NCBI GenBank assembly: GCA_963713825.1
Contig: CAVQNG010000005.1
Coordinates: 416,001-480,000 of the forward strand
Reading direction: 5' to 3'
Source of the DNA: an uncultured Acidobacteriota bacterium
GTDB lineage: Bacteria > Acidobacteriota > Thermoanaerobaculia > Multivoradales > JAHEKO01
DNA: 64,000 nucleotides
The position numbers and the translations under genes are program-made. The notes beneath the pieces are model-generated. The model worked only from the letters and a program-made list of their open reading frames with translations. It did not search any database and was not told the origin of the DNA. Positions 29,254-39,407 of the stretch are shown here, one piece after another (the stretch's first letter is position 1; every line of letters starts with the position of its first letter).

Positions 29254-30987
29254 GTGACGGAACAGCGAGACTCGGTCGAGATTCAGGGCGACGAGGGTGA
29301 CCGCGAGGCAACGTGGTTGCGCCTGCTGCCGTTGGTGGCGGTGCTGGTGGCCACGGGCCCGCTGTTGCTGTGGGGCTTCCCTGCAGGGCACGACTGGGGC
29401 TGGGAGCTCGTTCGGATCGTCGAGTACCAGGAGGCATTCTCCTCGGGGCAATGGCTGCCCTTTTGGGCTGCCGATCTCTACAGCGGCTGGGGATCCCCGC
29501 TCTTCCTCTTCTATGCGCCGTTGTTCTCGGCCCTCGCCAGTGCCGGATCGGCGACCTTCGGATCTCTCTTGACGGGTCCGACACTGACCCTCGTCGTCCT
29601 GACGATGATCTCCGCCTTTCTCGTCGTGCTCATGATGGAGGCGCTCCCCGAGACGGCAGGTGATCACAAGAAATCCGCAGCGCGAGTGGCCGCCTATGTT
29701 TACATCCTGCAGCCGTATCTGCTCGCCGATCTGTTGATCCGCAACGCCAACGCCGAGTACACGGCGCTCTGTTTGCTTCCGCTGGTCTTCTACGGCGTGT
29801 TTCGGCTACGCGACCAGCCTCTCGTGGGGGCACTGGCTCTGGCTGCGGGTCTGGGTCTCAGCATTCTGGCCCACAACTTGACGGCGCTCATCGCCATGGG
29901 CATGGCCCTGCTCTTGACGGTCGTTCTCTTCCTGCCGACTCGATCGCATCGCCAGCTCGCCTGGGCGGGTGGGGGAGTGGGTCTGGGCCTTCTGTTAGCT
30001 GCCTGGTTCTGGATCCCGGCGCTGACACTCACCGGCCTGGTTCGACCCGAGCTGCTGGTGGAGGGTCGCTACGATTTTCGCGTCAACTTCCTCGACTTCG
30101 GGACCCTATGGGGCTACGGGGAGTATTTCTCGGCCGGACTCATGATACCTGTGATTTTCGTCGCCGGAGTGGTGCTGGCGGCCTCCTCCCGGTTGCAGTT
30201 GAACCCTTGGAATCGCCGTCTCTTCTGGTGCTTCCTCGGTTGCGCCCTCCTCGCTCTGCTGTTTCAGATGGCGGTCAGTCGTCCCGTATGGGAGGTGCTT
30301 CCCTTACTGCCGCTGTTTCAGTTCCCGTGGCGATTGATGGGCCCTCTAGCACTCCTGACAGCGACCCTGGCAGGACTGCTCTTCCTCGGTCTTACGGGTG
30401 GAATGAGGCGGAGGAGCGTGGTGCTACTCGAGCTTCTGGTACTCACCCTGTGTGTTGCGAACGCGTTGCCTCAGCTGCGAGGAGTCCGGTCCTTTTCACC
30501 GCAGGGCAGGGCTTCGTTGGAGGAGAGTCTGACGGCGGAGGCCATTCGCCAAGGGAGACAGAGCGCAACCGGGGTCGACGAGTACCTGCCGGACGGCGCC
30601 GATTTCGCAGCCTGGAAAGAGACGCCCCCAGGAACGCTGCTGTTGAATCCCTCCACCGACCTGAAGGTGCTGGCGATCGAAGAGCAGGGTACCCATATTC
30701 GGCTCGATCTGGAGGCTCTGCGCGAGACGCGAGTGCGTCTGGCGCGATGGTACTTTCCTGGTTGGAGAGCGAGCCTGAATGGTGAGACCCTAGCAGTCGA
30801 ACCTGGTACTGGAGGGGAGATCTCGGTGCTGGTTCCCAAAGGGCGAGGCCATCTCGACATCCTTCTCGAGCCGCCGCGGGTTCGTCAAGTGGCCACCTGG
30901 ATCAGTGCGCTGGCCGTGGTACTGTTCGTGCTCGCTTTCGTCGGGGCGCGTATCCTGCCATGGTTCGAACCGCCTACATCCTCCTAG
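29254..30987 (+). CDS. PTPS-related/YfhO-like polytopic membrane protein (GT-C-like glycosyltransferase)
   Basis: GHD motif, GWGSPLFLFYAPL, LFQFPWRL, EYLP, YFPGW; the ORF-track start 29071 lies inside the repeat. Confidence 0.75.
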   Translation: MTEQRDSVEIQGDEGDREATWLRLLPLVAVLVATGPLLLWGFPAGHDWGWELVRIVEYQEAFSSGQWLPFWAADLYSGWGSPLFLFYAPLFSALASAGSATFGSLLTGPTLTLVVLTMISAFLVVLMMEALPETAGDHKKSAARVAAYVYILQPYLLADLLIRNANAEYTALCLLPLVFYGVFRLRDQPLVGALALAAGLGLSILAHNLTALIAMGMALLLTVVLFLPTRSHRQLAWAGGGVGLGLLLAAWFWIPALTLTGLVRPELLVEGRYDFRVNFLDFGTLWGYGEYFSAGLMIPVIFVAGVVLAASSRLQLNPWNRRLFWCFLGCALLALLFQMAVSRPVWEVLPLLPLFQFPWRLMGPLALLTATLAGLLFLGLTGGMRRRSVVLLELLVLTLCVANALPQLRGVRSFSPQGRASLEESLTAEAIRQGRQSATGVDEYLPDGADFAAWKETPPGTLLLNPSTDLKVLAIEEQGTHIRLDLEALRETRVRLARWYFPGWRASLNGETLAVEPGTGGEISVLVPKGRGHLDILLEPPRVRQVATWISALAVVLFVLAFVGARILPWFEPPTSS

Positions 30988-31763
30988 CTCTGCTACTGGC
31001 CCTTGTCGCCACGCCGTCGATGGCGGATTGGCAACAGGCTCCAGCCTTGGAATCGCTGGTCGGTGAGCGTCTGGACTTCACGCTCAAGTGGGGAATCATC
31101 TCAGCCGCCAAGGCGCGATTGGAGATTCTCGAGAGAGAGGACGGCGCCATCATTCTGCGAGCGAGTGCCCGCACCGTTCCCTTCCTGGATGCGATCTACC
31201 CGGTGCGCGAGACGGTGGAGTCGGCGGTGACACCTCCCGACATGCGGGTCCAGCGGTACTTCAAGAGCGGCAAGGAGGGCCGGGGCCCGACTGGCGAGGA
31301 CGAGATCCTGTTCGACTGGGAGCTGAAGACCGCAGTGCACACCCGAGACGGAGAGTCTCGAGACCCGATCGAAGTTCCCGCAGGAGTCCAGGACCCGCTA
31401 TCGAGCTTCTACGCCTATCGCGCGTCCAAGGTCCAGGACTATGGACCTGTGGTCCTCGAAGTTACCGATGGCAAGAAAGTCACGGCCGGAGAGGTTAGGG
31501 TGGTGGGGCGCGAGAAGGTCAAAGTGCCTGCTGGCACGTTCGATGCGGTCATCGTCGAACCCGAGATCGAAGGCGTCGGTGGGATCTTCAAGAAGAGTCC
31601 CAAGGCCAGCATTCGGATCTGGCTGACCGACGACGAATGGCGAACGCCCCTCAAGCTCAGGAGCAAGGTCTCCGTGGGGCACTTCACCGCCGTGCTGACC
31701 AAGATGAGCCGCGACCCGGCCCAAGGCGCCTGGGAAACCAGCGTCCCCCTCGCAGACGAATAA
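30960..31763 (+). CDS. DUF3108 domain exported protein
   Basis: Signal peptide; GERLDF..KWG, QDPLS, EKVKVPAGTFDA, IWLTDD..PLK. Confidence 0.8.
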   Translation: MVRTAYILLALLLALVATPSMADWQQAPALESLVGERLDFTLKWGIISAAKARLEILEREDGAIILRASARTVPFLDAIYPVRETVESAVTPPDMRVQRYFKSGKEGRGPTGEDEILFDWELKTAVHTRDGESRDPIEVPAGVQDPLSSFYAYRASKVQDYGPVVLEVTDGKKVTAGEVRVVGREKVKVPAGTFDAVIVEPEIEGVGGIFKKSPKASIRIWLTDDEWRTPLKLRSKVSVGHFTAVLTKMSRDPAQGAWETSVPLADE

Positions 31764-31783
31764 GCAGCCCCGTTGGGGCTGCT
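31763..31783 (+). terminator. Hairpin at the gene end, immediately before repeat copy D
   Basis: AGCAGCCCC-GTT-GGGGCTGCT. Confidence 0.55.
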
Positions 31784-32316
31784 GGGTTGAGGCGTCCGAC
31801 CCTGCCCACTCATCCGTCCTGGAGCTTGGGTCCTGGGTCCTGAGATGAGGTCCGTCCGAGTGGTCCGCCGGACGTTCTTTGAGGGCTTGCTGTGGAGGAG
31901 GGCGATCGAACCAGGGATCTCCCTCGTCTGCGGCCTCACCCGACCATGCCCCTCCGACGAGGGAGACCCATGGCCCGATCTACCGCTGTCGAGACACATC
32001 AAGAATCAGATTGGTGGCTCGCCCCCTACGCCCCTATTTCCCTAAGCCCTTATGCCTCTGATGGTGCCAGAGGTTCGTTCGGGTGGTTCGACAGGGGGCG
32101 CCTCGTCGAGCGCGGCGCAAGGGCCACGAAGGAACACTAAAGATGAGGCGCGATGACGAGACGAGGTGGCGGCCCCCCGTTGCAGTCTGAGTAGCCGACG
32201 CCGTCCCCCCGGCGAACCACCCGGACGGATCTCCCCGAGAAGATAGTCTGCCGTTCAGGACCCAGGACCCAAGGCCCAAAGATCGTCCGGAAGGGACGAC
32301 CGGACGCCTCAACCCC
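31784..32316 (+). repeat. Modular repeat, copy D (T-extra Y arm-X-microsatellite-Y-T')
   Basis: GGGTTGAGGCGTCCG ... CGGACGCCTCAACCCC terminal inverted repeats; X 31904-31980; Y 32070-32233. Confidence 0.9.
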
Positions 32317-32332
32317 TGGTTGGTTGGTGGGG

Positions 32333-32617
32333 TTACCGGAGGACGTCCACGTCCCAGGAGATCATCCGCAGCTCCTCACCGCAGGTCTTGCAGAAGTTGT
32401 CCATGCCCTCCTGGAGACTCTGCAGGGCTTCGTCGTCGAGGATCGTGAAGATCACTGCCGAAGACTTTGGAAAGGCGCTGGATCCGAGACGCGGACCCGT
32501 AAGACCCATTCCGGCAGCGTGGGAGATCTCGGTGTAGCCGGCAACGCCAGAGCGGTTCAAGAAGACCTCCAGCTCCTCGCGCTTCGACTGATCGATGATG
32601 ATCATGAGCATCTTCAT
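32333..32617 (-). CDS. P-II-like (PG0541-type) transporter-associated protein
   Basis: MKMLMII..GYTEI..GMGLTGPRLGSSAFP; last gene of the RND operon. Confidence 0.7.
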   Translation of the reverse strand: MKMLMIIIDQSKREELEVFLNRSGVAGYTEISHAAGMGLTGPRLGSSAFPKSSAVIFTILDDEALQSLQEGMDNFCKTCGEELRMISWDVDVLR

Positions 32618-32690
32618 GCGGGTTTCTCCGATTGCGTTGAATGTGCCTGCGACTCATCGAAGCTCAGCGGGCCCCGAGGCCCGGAGCGCC

Positions 32691-32879
32691 TCAGTCGGGT
32701 ACGCCAATCGCGCGAAGCGCGGAAATCATCGGGCATTTCTTCGTGAAGGCCGACTGCAAGAGGTTGAGACCGACGAAGGCCGTGAAGAGAAAGAACCCCG
32801 GGTGCACCCAGTAGCCGAGCGCCACCGACAGCAGGATAAGCAAGCCGGCGATGGCTCTGAGGTAGTCATTGACTGTCAT
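32691..32879 (-). CDS. DUF2892 (YgaP-like) small membrane protein
   Basis: Two TMs; FVGLNLLQSAFTKKCPM. Confidence 0.85.
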   Translation of the reverse strand: MTVNDYLRAIAGLLILLSVALGYWVHPGFFLFTAFVGLNLLQSAFTKKCPMISALRAIGVPD

Positions 32880-32903
32880 GATTCGGTTCCTTTTTTGCCG
32901 AAA

Positions 32904-35900
32904 CTAGTGGTCCTGGGGAACGATCTTCTCCAGGCCCACCGTCTTCAAATACATGTAGTACAGCAGCGGAATGACCATCAGGGTCAGGGCGGTGGAGACG
33001 ACGACCCCCGAGATGAGAGCGACAGCCAGGCCCTGGAAGATGGGGTCGAGCAGGATCACGAGCCCACCGACGACCAAGGCCGCGGCGGTGAGAAAGATCG
33101 GTCTGAATCGCACCACTCCCGCCTTGACGACCGCGGTCTCCAGTTTCTCTCCAGCCGCCAGCTCGAGGTTGATGAAGTCAACCAGCAGGATCGAATTGCG
33201 CACGATGATGCCCGCCAGGGCGATGAATCCGATCATGGAGGTGGCGGTGAAGAAGACTCCTCCGATGGCGTGGGCCGGGAGGATGCCGATCAGCGTCAGG
33301 GGAATCGGTGCCATGATGATGAGCGGCGTGATGAAGGAGCGGAACCAGCCCACCACCAGGACATAGATGAGGACCAGAACGACGGCGAAGGCGACTCCCA
33401 TGTCGCGAAAGACCTCGTAGGTGATCTGCCACTCGCCGTCCCACTTCATGGCGTAGCCGGTGGTGTCGTCCGGCATGCTCGAAGAGAGGATCGGGAGTGG
33501 CCCGCCGGTGGTGGGGTCTTGCAGCGCCTCGACGCGGTCTTGCATGTCGAGGATGCCGTAGATCGGTGATTCCTCGTTACCCGCCACTTCGCCGATCACG
33601 TACGTCAGCGGCTGCAGGTTCTTGTGGTAGATGAAGCGCTCGCGGGAGGTCGGGCGGACCTTGACCAACTCGCCGACGGGCACCATGCGGCCCTCCGAGC
33701 CGTGGACGGAGATCCCAAGCAGACCATCGATGCTGGAACGCTGCGATCGATCGAGCCGCAGGACCAGGGGTACCGACTCGCGGGCCGTCTCGTCACGCAG
33801 CAGACCGACTTCGGCGCCCTCGAGGGCGACGCGCAGAGTGCGCACGACGGCTTCGGGGGTCGTGCCGGCACGAACGGCCTTTTCCCGATCGACCTCGAAC
33901 TCGACCTGCGGTCCGGGATTTTCGACCCACCAATCGACATCTACGATGCCCGGTGTCGTCTCGAAGATGTCCCGCACCTGTTGGGCCAGCTCGAGTCGTT
34001 GATCGAGGTCGGGTCCGTAGATCTCCGCCACCATGGTGGAGAGTACCGGTGGTCCTGGTGGAACTTCGGTGACCTTGACGTTGGCTTGCGTGCCTTCGAC
34101 GACGGGAGCCAGCAGGTCCCGCAGCTCCTTGGCGAAGGGATGACTGGCGCGATCTCGATGATGCTTGGGCAAGAGGTTGATCTGCAGGTCGGCCACCAGA
34201 GGCCCGCTGCGCAGGAAGTAGTGGCGCACGAGGCCGTTGAAGTTGAACGGCGCCGAGGTGCCGACGTAGATCTGGACGTCCGTGACCTCTGGCAGCGTAC
34301 GGACCTTCTCGGCGAGGCTGCGAGCGATGCCGGCCGTCTCTTCGAGCGTGCTGCCCTCGGGCATGTCGATAACGACCTGCAGCTCGCTCTTGTTGTCGAA
34401 GGGCAGCATCTTGACCTTGACGACCCGTGCCGCCACCAGGCTCATGGAGAGCAAAAGGGCCACGACCACCGCGCCCAGAAGGGCCCAGCGTCGCCAGGCC
34501 TTGGCGAGCAGCGGACGAAACAGTCGTTCGTAGAGCTTCAGGAAACGTGTTTCGGAAGCGGTCTCGGCGTCGTGCTCGGCCGGTCCCTCAGCCAGCTTCT
34601 CGGCGGTGCGACGGAAGAGCTTGAAGGTCAGCCAGGGCGAGACCACAAAGGCGACGATCAAGGAAAACAACATGGCGGCCGAGGCGTTGATCGGAATCGG
34701 CCGCATGTACGGCCCCATCAGTCCCGACACGAAAGCCAGCGGTAGCAGAGCGCCGATGACCGTGAAAGTGGCCAGAATGGTCGGATTGCCGACCTCATCC
34801 GTGGCGTAGACGGTAGCGTGCCGGGGATTGGTCCAGCCCAACAGGTAGTGCCGATGGATGTTCTCGACGACTACGATCGCGTCGTCCACCAGGATGCCGA
34901 TGGCGAAGATCAGGGCGAACAGGGTGACACGATTCAGGGTGTAGCCGAACAGGTAGGAAGCCGCCAGGGTCAGCGCCAAGGTCGTTGGCACCGCGACGAG
35001 AACGACGATCGCTTCGCGTCGACCCAGGGCCAGAGCCATCAAGCCGACGACGGAGAGCGTCGCGATCCAGAGGTGCTTCATGAGCTCGGAGGACTTCTCC
35101 CCCGCCGTATAGCCGTAGTCCCGAGTCTTGGTGACGTGCACGTTGTCGGGAATCACCGGCCCCTTGAAAGCCTCCAGACGTTTCTCGAGGTCGGTAACGA
35201 GATCAACGGCGTTGGTGCCGGGTTTCTTGGCGATGGCAACGGTAACGGCCGGAGTGTCGAGGCCTGGTGGCAGGTCCTTCTCGCCACCGGCGGCGCCCCC
35301 CATCATCCAGACGTAGTCGGCGGGTTCGTCCGGCCCGTCGATGACTGTCGCCACATCACGCAGATAGACAGGATTGCCACCATAGATGCCGAGAACGGCG
35401 TTCTCGACGTCCTTTGCGGTGCGAAAGAAGCTACCGACTTCGACCACGGTCTCGGTGTCCGCGCTGGCGAACGAGCCCGCCGGCAATCTCCAGTTGAGCC
35501 CGGCCAGGGCCTGGTAGGCCTGCAAGAGCGAGACGTGATGGGATGACAACCGCTCGCGGTCGAACTGGACCTGGACCGCCCGCTTCTGACCGCCCAGGAT
35601 CGACACCTGCGCCACTCTGGGATGGCGAGTCAACTCGGTCTTGAGCTCCTGGGCGACCTGCCGCAGCTGCATGGAAGTGGCGTCATTCGACCAGAGAGTG
35701 AAGGCGACCACTGGTACGTCGTCGATGCTGCGGGGCGCCACCACCGGTGGCACGGTGCCTTCGGGGAGCGTTGCCGCGATCTCGGCAACCTTGGAGTGCA
35801 CCCTCACCACAGCCTGGTCGGGATCGGTGCCGACGAGAAAGCGGACGATGATCATGCCGCCCGAGGGTTGGGTGATGGAGTACACGTACTCGACATTGTC

Positions 35901-36221
35901 GATCTCGTAGATGGCCTTCTCGAGAGGAGAGATGACCCGTCGCTCCACCTCCTGAGCCGACGCCCCGGGCAGGCCGACGAACACATCGATCATCGGCACC
36001 TTGATCTGGGGCTCTTCCTCTCGTGGTGTGACCATGACGGCGAAGGCACCAACCAGGAGCGAGGCCACCACCAGCAGTGGCGTCAGCTTCGACTCCAGGA
36101 AGGCCTGGGCGACGCGGCCGGAAAAGCCGATCGGTCGGCGAGTCTGCTTGAGGCGCAGGGCCTCGCGGCGGGCTGCGTCGCCGCCATTCGACTGCGGTGT
36201 CTTGTTGTCGGCTGCCATCAC
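32904..36221 (-). CDS. RND efflux permease (AcrB/CzcA superfamily)
   Basis: TPREEEPQI, GILVDDAIVVVENI, RNSILLVDF, RFRPIFLT. Confidence 0.95.
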   Translation of the reverse strand: MMAADNKTPQSNGGDAARREALRLKQTRRPIGFSGRVAQAFLESKLTPLLVVASLLVGAFAVMVTPREEEPQIKVPMIDVFVGLPGASAQEVERRVISPLEKAIYEIDNVEYVYSITQPSGGMIIVRFLVGTDPDQAVVRVHSKVAEIAATLPEGTVPPVVAPRSIDDVPVVAFTLWSNDATSMQLRQVAQELKTELTRHPRVAQVSILGGQKRAVQVQFDRERLSSHHVSLLQAYQALAGLNWRLPAGSFASADTETVVEVGSFFRTAKDVENAVLGIYGGNPVYLRDVATVIDGPDEPADYVWMMGGAAGGEKDLPPGLDTPAVTVAIAKKPGTNAVDLVTDLEKRLEAFKGPVIPDNVHVTKTRDYGYTAGEKSSELMKHLWIATLSVVGLMALALGRREAIVVLVAVPTTLALTLAASYLFGYTLNRVTLFALIFAIGILVDDAIVVVENIHRHYLLGWTNPRHATVYATDEVGNPTILATFTVIGALLPLAFVSGLMGPYMRPIPINASAAMLFSLIVAFVVSPWLTFKLFRRTAEKLAEGPAEHDAETASETRFLKLYERLFRPLLAKAWRRWALLGAVVVALLLSMSLVAARVVKVKMLPFDNKSELQVVIDMPEGSTLEETAGIARSLAEKVRTLPEVTDVQIYVGTSAPFNFNGLVRHYFLRSGPLVADLQINLLPKHHRDRASHPFAKELRDLLAPVVEGTQANVKVTEVPPGPPVLSTMVAEIYGPDLDQRLELAQQVRDIFETTPGIVDVDWWVENPGPQVEFEVDREKAVRAGTTPEAVVRTLRVALEGAEVGLLRDETARESVPLVLRLDRSQRSSIDGLLGISVHGSEGRMVPVGELVKVRPTSRERFIYHKNLQPLTYVIGEVAGNEESPIYGILDMQDRVEALQDPTTGGPLPILSSSMPDDTTGYAMKWDGEWQITYEVFRDMGVAFAVVLVLIYVLVVGWFRSFITPLIIMAPIPLTLIGILPAHAIGGVFFTATSMIGFIALAGIIVRNSILLVDFINLELAAGEKLETAVVKAGVVRFRPIFLTAAALVVGGLVILLDPIFQGLAVALISGVVVSTALTLMVIPLLYYMYLKTVGLEKIVPQDH

Positions 36222-37309
36222 GACACCTCCACACGGGTGCCGGCCGAAGGGGGTGCTGGCAGGTCCAGAAGGACGCTCTCGCCGCCGGTCAGGCCGGAGA
36301 GAATCTCGACCCGGTCTCCGGGGAGACGCCGTCCTACCGTGACGACCCGGGTGCTGGCGAAGCCGTCGTTCGTGCGCACGACCACCATCTGAATGCCACC
36401 CCGGCGCAGGACGGCTGCGTCGGGAACGGCGATGAGCGTCTGCTCGTCGGTCGGGATGAATGCGCGGCCGGTGGCCCCACTGGGAAGCTCGGGTGCGTTC
36501 AAGGCCAGCTTGACCTGAAACGAGTGACTGGCCGGATCGGCCCCGGGCGGAATCTCCACGACGCTGCCGGTCATCTCGGTCAGGTCGGACTGCGAATCGA
36601 TGCCGACCCGCAGCTCGTCACCGTAGGCCAGCTTGGCCTGAGCCATCAGGGTTTCGGGGATCGACACGACGAGTCGCCGCCCCGCCGTGGACTCGATGAC
36701 CAGAAGGGGACGACCTGGCGCGGCCAGATCACCGACCTCGACCATCTTGCGACCTACCCGGCCGGAGAAGGGGGCGACGACGCGGGAGTCACCGGCGACC
36801 GACGAGGCCGAGGAAACGGCTCCCTGGGCCTGTTCGACGGCTGCCTTGGCCTGTTCGTACTGCATTCGAGCCATGTCCAGCTCGAGCTCGGACGCCGCGT
36901 TGCTCTCGGCCAGCGCTTGAAAGCGCTCGTAGTTCCGTGCGGCCAGCGCCAGGGCCGCGTCGGCCTGTCCGAGACCTCCCCTGGCTTGCGAGAGCTGCCC
37001 CTCGGAGGCCTGAGGATCGATCTCGAGTAGGAGCTGGCCCTTGGTGACCACATCGCCGGCTTTGACCCGGACGGCCGTTACCATGGCCATGACCCTGACC
37101 GAGATGGCGGCGGTCTGCTCGGCCTCGACCGTACCGAAGACCTGGACTTCCTGGGCCGCGTCGAGCCGCTCGACCGTAGCGACGGAAGCGCTGATCGTGC
37201 TGTGAGTGGTCTCGGGCTCGACGTCGTGCGAGCCGCCGCAGGCGAGCCCCAGCAAGGCTGTCGAGACCAGAACCAGGCTGGTCAGTCGGAAAGAGTCCTT
37301 GGCTATCAT
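36218..37309 (-). CDS. RND periplasmic adaptor (MFP), lipoprotein
   Basis: LACGG lipobox; VKAGDVVTKGQLL, APFSG, VEILSGL. Confidence 0.92.
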   Translation of the reverse strand: MIAKDSFRLTSLVLVSTALLGLACGGSHDVEPETTHSTISASVATVERLDAAQEVQVFGTVEAEQTAAISVRVMAMVTAVRVKAGDVVTKGQLLLEIDPQASEGQLSQARGGLGQADAALALAARNYERFQALAESNAASELELDMARMQYEQAKAAVEQAQGAVSSASSVAGDSRVVAPFSGRVGRKMVEVGDLAAPGRPLLVIESTAGRRLVVSIPETLMAQAKLAYGDELRVGIDSQSDLTEMTGSVVEIPPGADPASHSFQVKLALNAPELPSGATGRAFIPTDEQTLIAVPDAAVLRRGGIQMVVVRTNDGFASTRVVTVGRRLPGDRVEILSGLTGGESVLLDLPAPPSAGTRVEVS

Positions 37310-38679
37310 GATTCTGTCCTCGAGGAGGTTGTGGTCGCAGGGGTCGGAATGACGCTCTCAGGCCGGCGACCGGATCGGGCCGCCAGTTCCAGCGTGGCCA
37401 GATAGGCTTCGGCCGCCGCCACCAGTTGACGGGTCTCGGCTTCCTGCCGGGCCGTGGAGGCGTCGAGCAGATCGATCATCTTGACGACACCCTTCTTGAA
37501 TCTCTCTTCGGTGATGCGTTCGGCCTCGGAGGCCGCGTGTTGGGCAGCCAGTGCCGTGTCGTAGCGCTGACGGGCACTGGTCGCCGTTTCGTAGGCATCC
37601 TTGACACCGAGACGAATGCCGTCTTCGAACTGTTCGAGTTGTTGGCGGCCGGCTTCCAGGTCGGCCTCGGCGGCGGCCTTGGCGGCGCGATGCCGGTTGC
37701 CCGAGAAGATGTCGATGCTGGCCATCGCGGCGACCGAGCCTGAATGCGCGCCGGTCCCGAAAAGGTTCTGGTCGTAGAAGTCGTACTTGGCCTGCAGGCC
37801 GATCTTGGGGAGCAGAGCTGAGCGCTGCACCCGGACTTCGAGCTCGGCGGCCGATAGCAGGCGGCGGGCCGCTTCCAGATCGGCCCGGGTCTCGGCGGTC
37901 GCCAACCAGGGATCGATGCCCTCTTCGATCGGCTGCGGATCAGGCAGCTTGCGGAGCTCCCACGCCGATGAGGGGTCGGCGCCGAGGCGAAACGAAAGAT
38001 TGGCCTCGGCCACCTTGGCCTGGCCCCGGGCCTGGTAAAGCAGATCCTGAATTCGCGACAACTCCACTTCGGCCATCAGGAGCTCTGAGCGAACCAGCAT
38101 TCCCTGGTCGACGTAGGCCCTGGCGATACTCACGTGCGCATCGACGGTCTCCAGGGAACGCTCCAGTAGGATGAGATTTTCACGCACCTGGGCGAGACGA
38201 ATGTAAGCTTCGGCGGCGGCCAAGGCCGCACTGTCGGCTGCCCAGGAGGTCTTGATCTCGTCCGCTTCAGCGGCCAGCCTGGCCTGGTCGATGCGTCCAG
38301 ACAGGCCGCCGCCCATGTAGATGGGCAGCATGAGCTCGAATCGGCTCGTGGCGTTCTCGAACCAGTCCGGGTTGTTGGGGTCGCTCATGACGAAATCATC
38401 GAACGAGAACACCCCTTGATTGAGCTGTAGCGCGAAGACCTCGGCAGGCGTGTTGGTGGTCATCCAGATCTCCTGGAATCGCACCTGGGGCAGCCGATAG
38501 CCCTTGGCCTGCTTGAGGCGGGCGGCGCCCGCCTCGGCCTGCGCTTGTGCGGCGGTGACCTCGCGAGCCTGACTGCGAGCGGTAGACATGGCGTCGAGGA
38601 GGCTCAGCTCGTCGGCTTCGGCTGTAGCCAGGCACAGTGAGCCCAGCAACACCATACCCAAGGCAAGGTTGCGCGTCAT
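37306..38679 (-). CDS. TolC-family outer-membrane factor
   Basis: Signal peptide, coiled coils, LPQV/LPKI repeats; in an operon with MFP and RND. Confidence 0.9.
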   Translation of the reverse strand: MTRNLALGMVLLGSLCLATAEADELSLLDAMSTARSQAREVTAAQAQAEAGAARLKQAKGYRLPQVRFQEIWMTTNTPAEVFALQLNQGVFSFDDFVMSDPNNPDWFENATSRFELMLPIYMGGGLSGRIDQARLAAEADEIKTSWAADSAALAAAEAYIRLAQVRENLILLERSLETVDAHVSIARAYVDQGMLVRSELLMAEVELSRIQDLLYQARGQAKVAEANLSFRLGADPSSAWELRKLPDPQPIEEGIDPWLATAETRADLEAARRLLSAAELEVRVQRSALLPKIGLQAKYDFYDQNLFGTGAHSGSVAAMASIDIFSGNRHRAAKAAAEADLEAGRQQLEQFEDGIRLGVKDAYETATSARQRYDTALAAQHAASEAERITEERFKKGVVKMIDLLDASTARQEAETRQLVAAAEAYLATLELAARSGRRPESVIPTPATTTSSRTES

Positions 38680-38765
38680 TGTCTTGTATCCTCCCTAGCG
38701 CGGATGAGAGCCACACCTGTCGCAGCGGTTCGTGCAACGTCTTCAGCGACTCACAGCTCTAGATA

Positions 38766-39098
38766 CTAGTTCGTGAGGGTCGTATCAATCCACTGCTTGA
38801 GATGGCCTTTGGGCAGAGCACCGACGACGCGATCCACTTCGGCGCCATCCTTGAAGAGCACCATGGTCGGAATGCCCTGGACTCCGAGGCGTTGGGCGTA
38901 GATGGGATTCTGATCTGTGTTGACCTTGGCGATCACGACCTTGTCACCGAGCTCACCAGCCAGCTCTTCCAGAACGGGTGCGATCATCCTGCAGGGTCCG
39001 CACCAGGGTGCCCAGAAGTCCACCAGGACGGGTACGTCGGAGTTGACGACCGTCTCGTCGAACTGCTCGTCAGTGATCTGAAGGGGAGTTGTCGTCAT
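38766..39098 (-). CDS. trxA: Thioredoxin
   Basis: VDFWAPWCGPC, GIPT. Confidence 0.96.
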   Translation of the reverse strand: MTTTPLQITDEQFDETVVNSDVPVLVDFWAPWCGPCRMIAPVLEELAGELGDKVVIAKVNTDQNPIYAQRLGVQGIPTMVLFKDGAEVDRVVGALPKGHLKQWIDTTLTN

Positions 39099-39407
39099 TG
39101 CGGTATCTCCTTGAATATTCGAAGTTGGCTATGTGTTTGCGGCGCTGCGACCGTTTGATCGCCTTGCCTGCCCCTTGAGAGACACGAACTTTGGAGAAGG
39201 TTCCCGAAAGGGAGAAAACCCTGTGTATCGCTATATGGATATTCAATTATGAGTCCGTTTCTGTTACTATCCCTCCAGACGAAAAATAGCTGGGGGCCGT
39301 GTATCCGCACACAGGAGCGGTGCATTCAATGTCTCGTAGGCTATTGAAGAAACTAGAAAGGTACTGAAATTCTCGTTCAGAGAATCAATGTGAGGAGGAG
39401 GATCGTG

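Noticed and set aside
39100-39300. ArsR/BigR-type operator upstream of trxA
   Set aside because: AT-rich imperfect dyads (GAATATTC; TATCGCTATATGGATA) are too degenerate, and no ArsR gene is in the window
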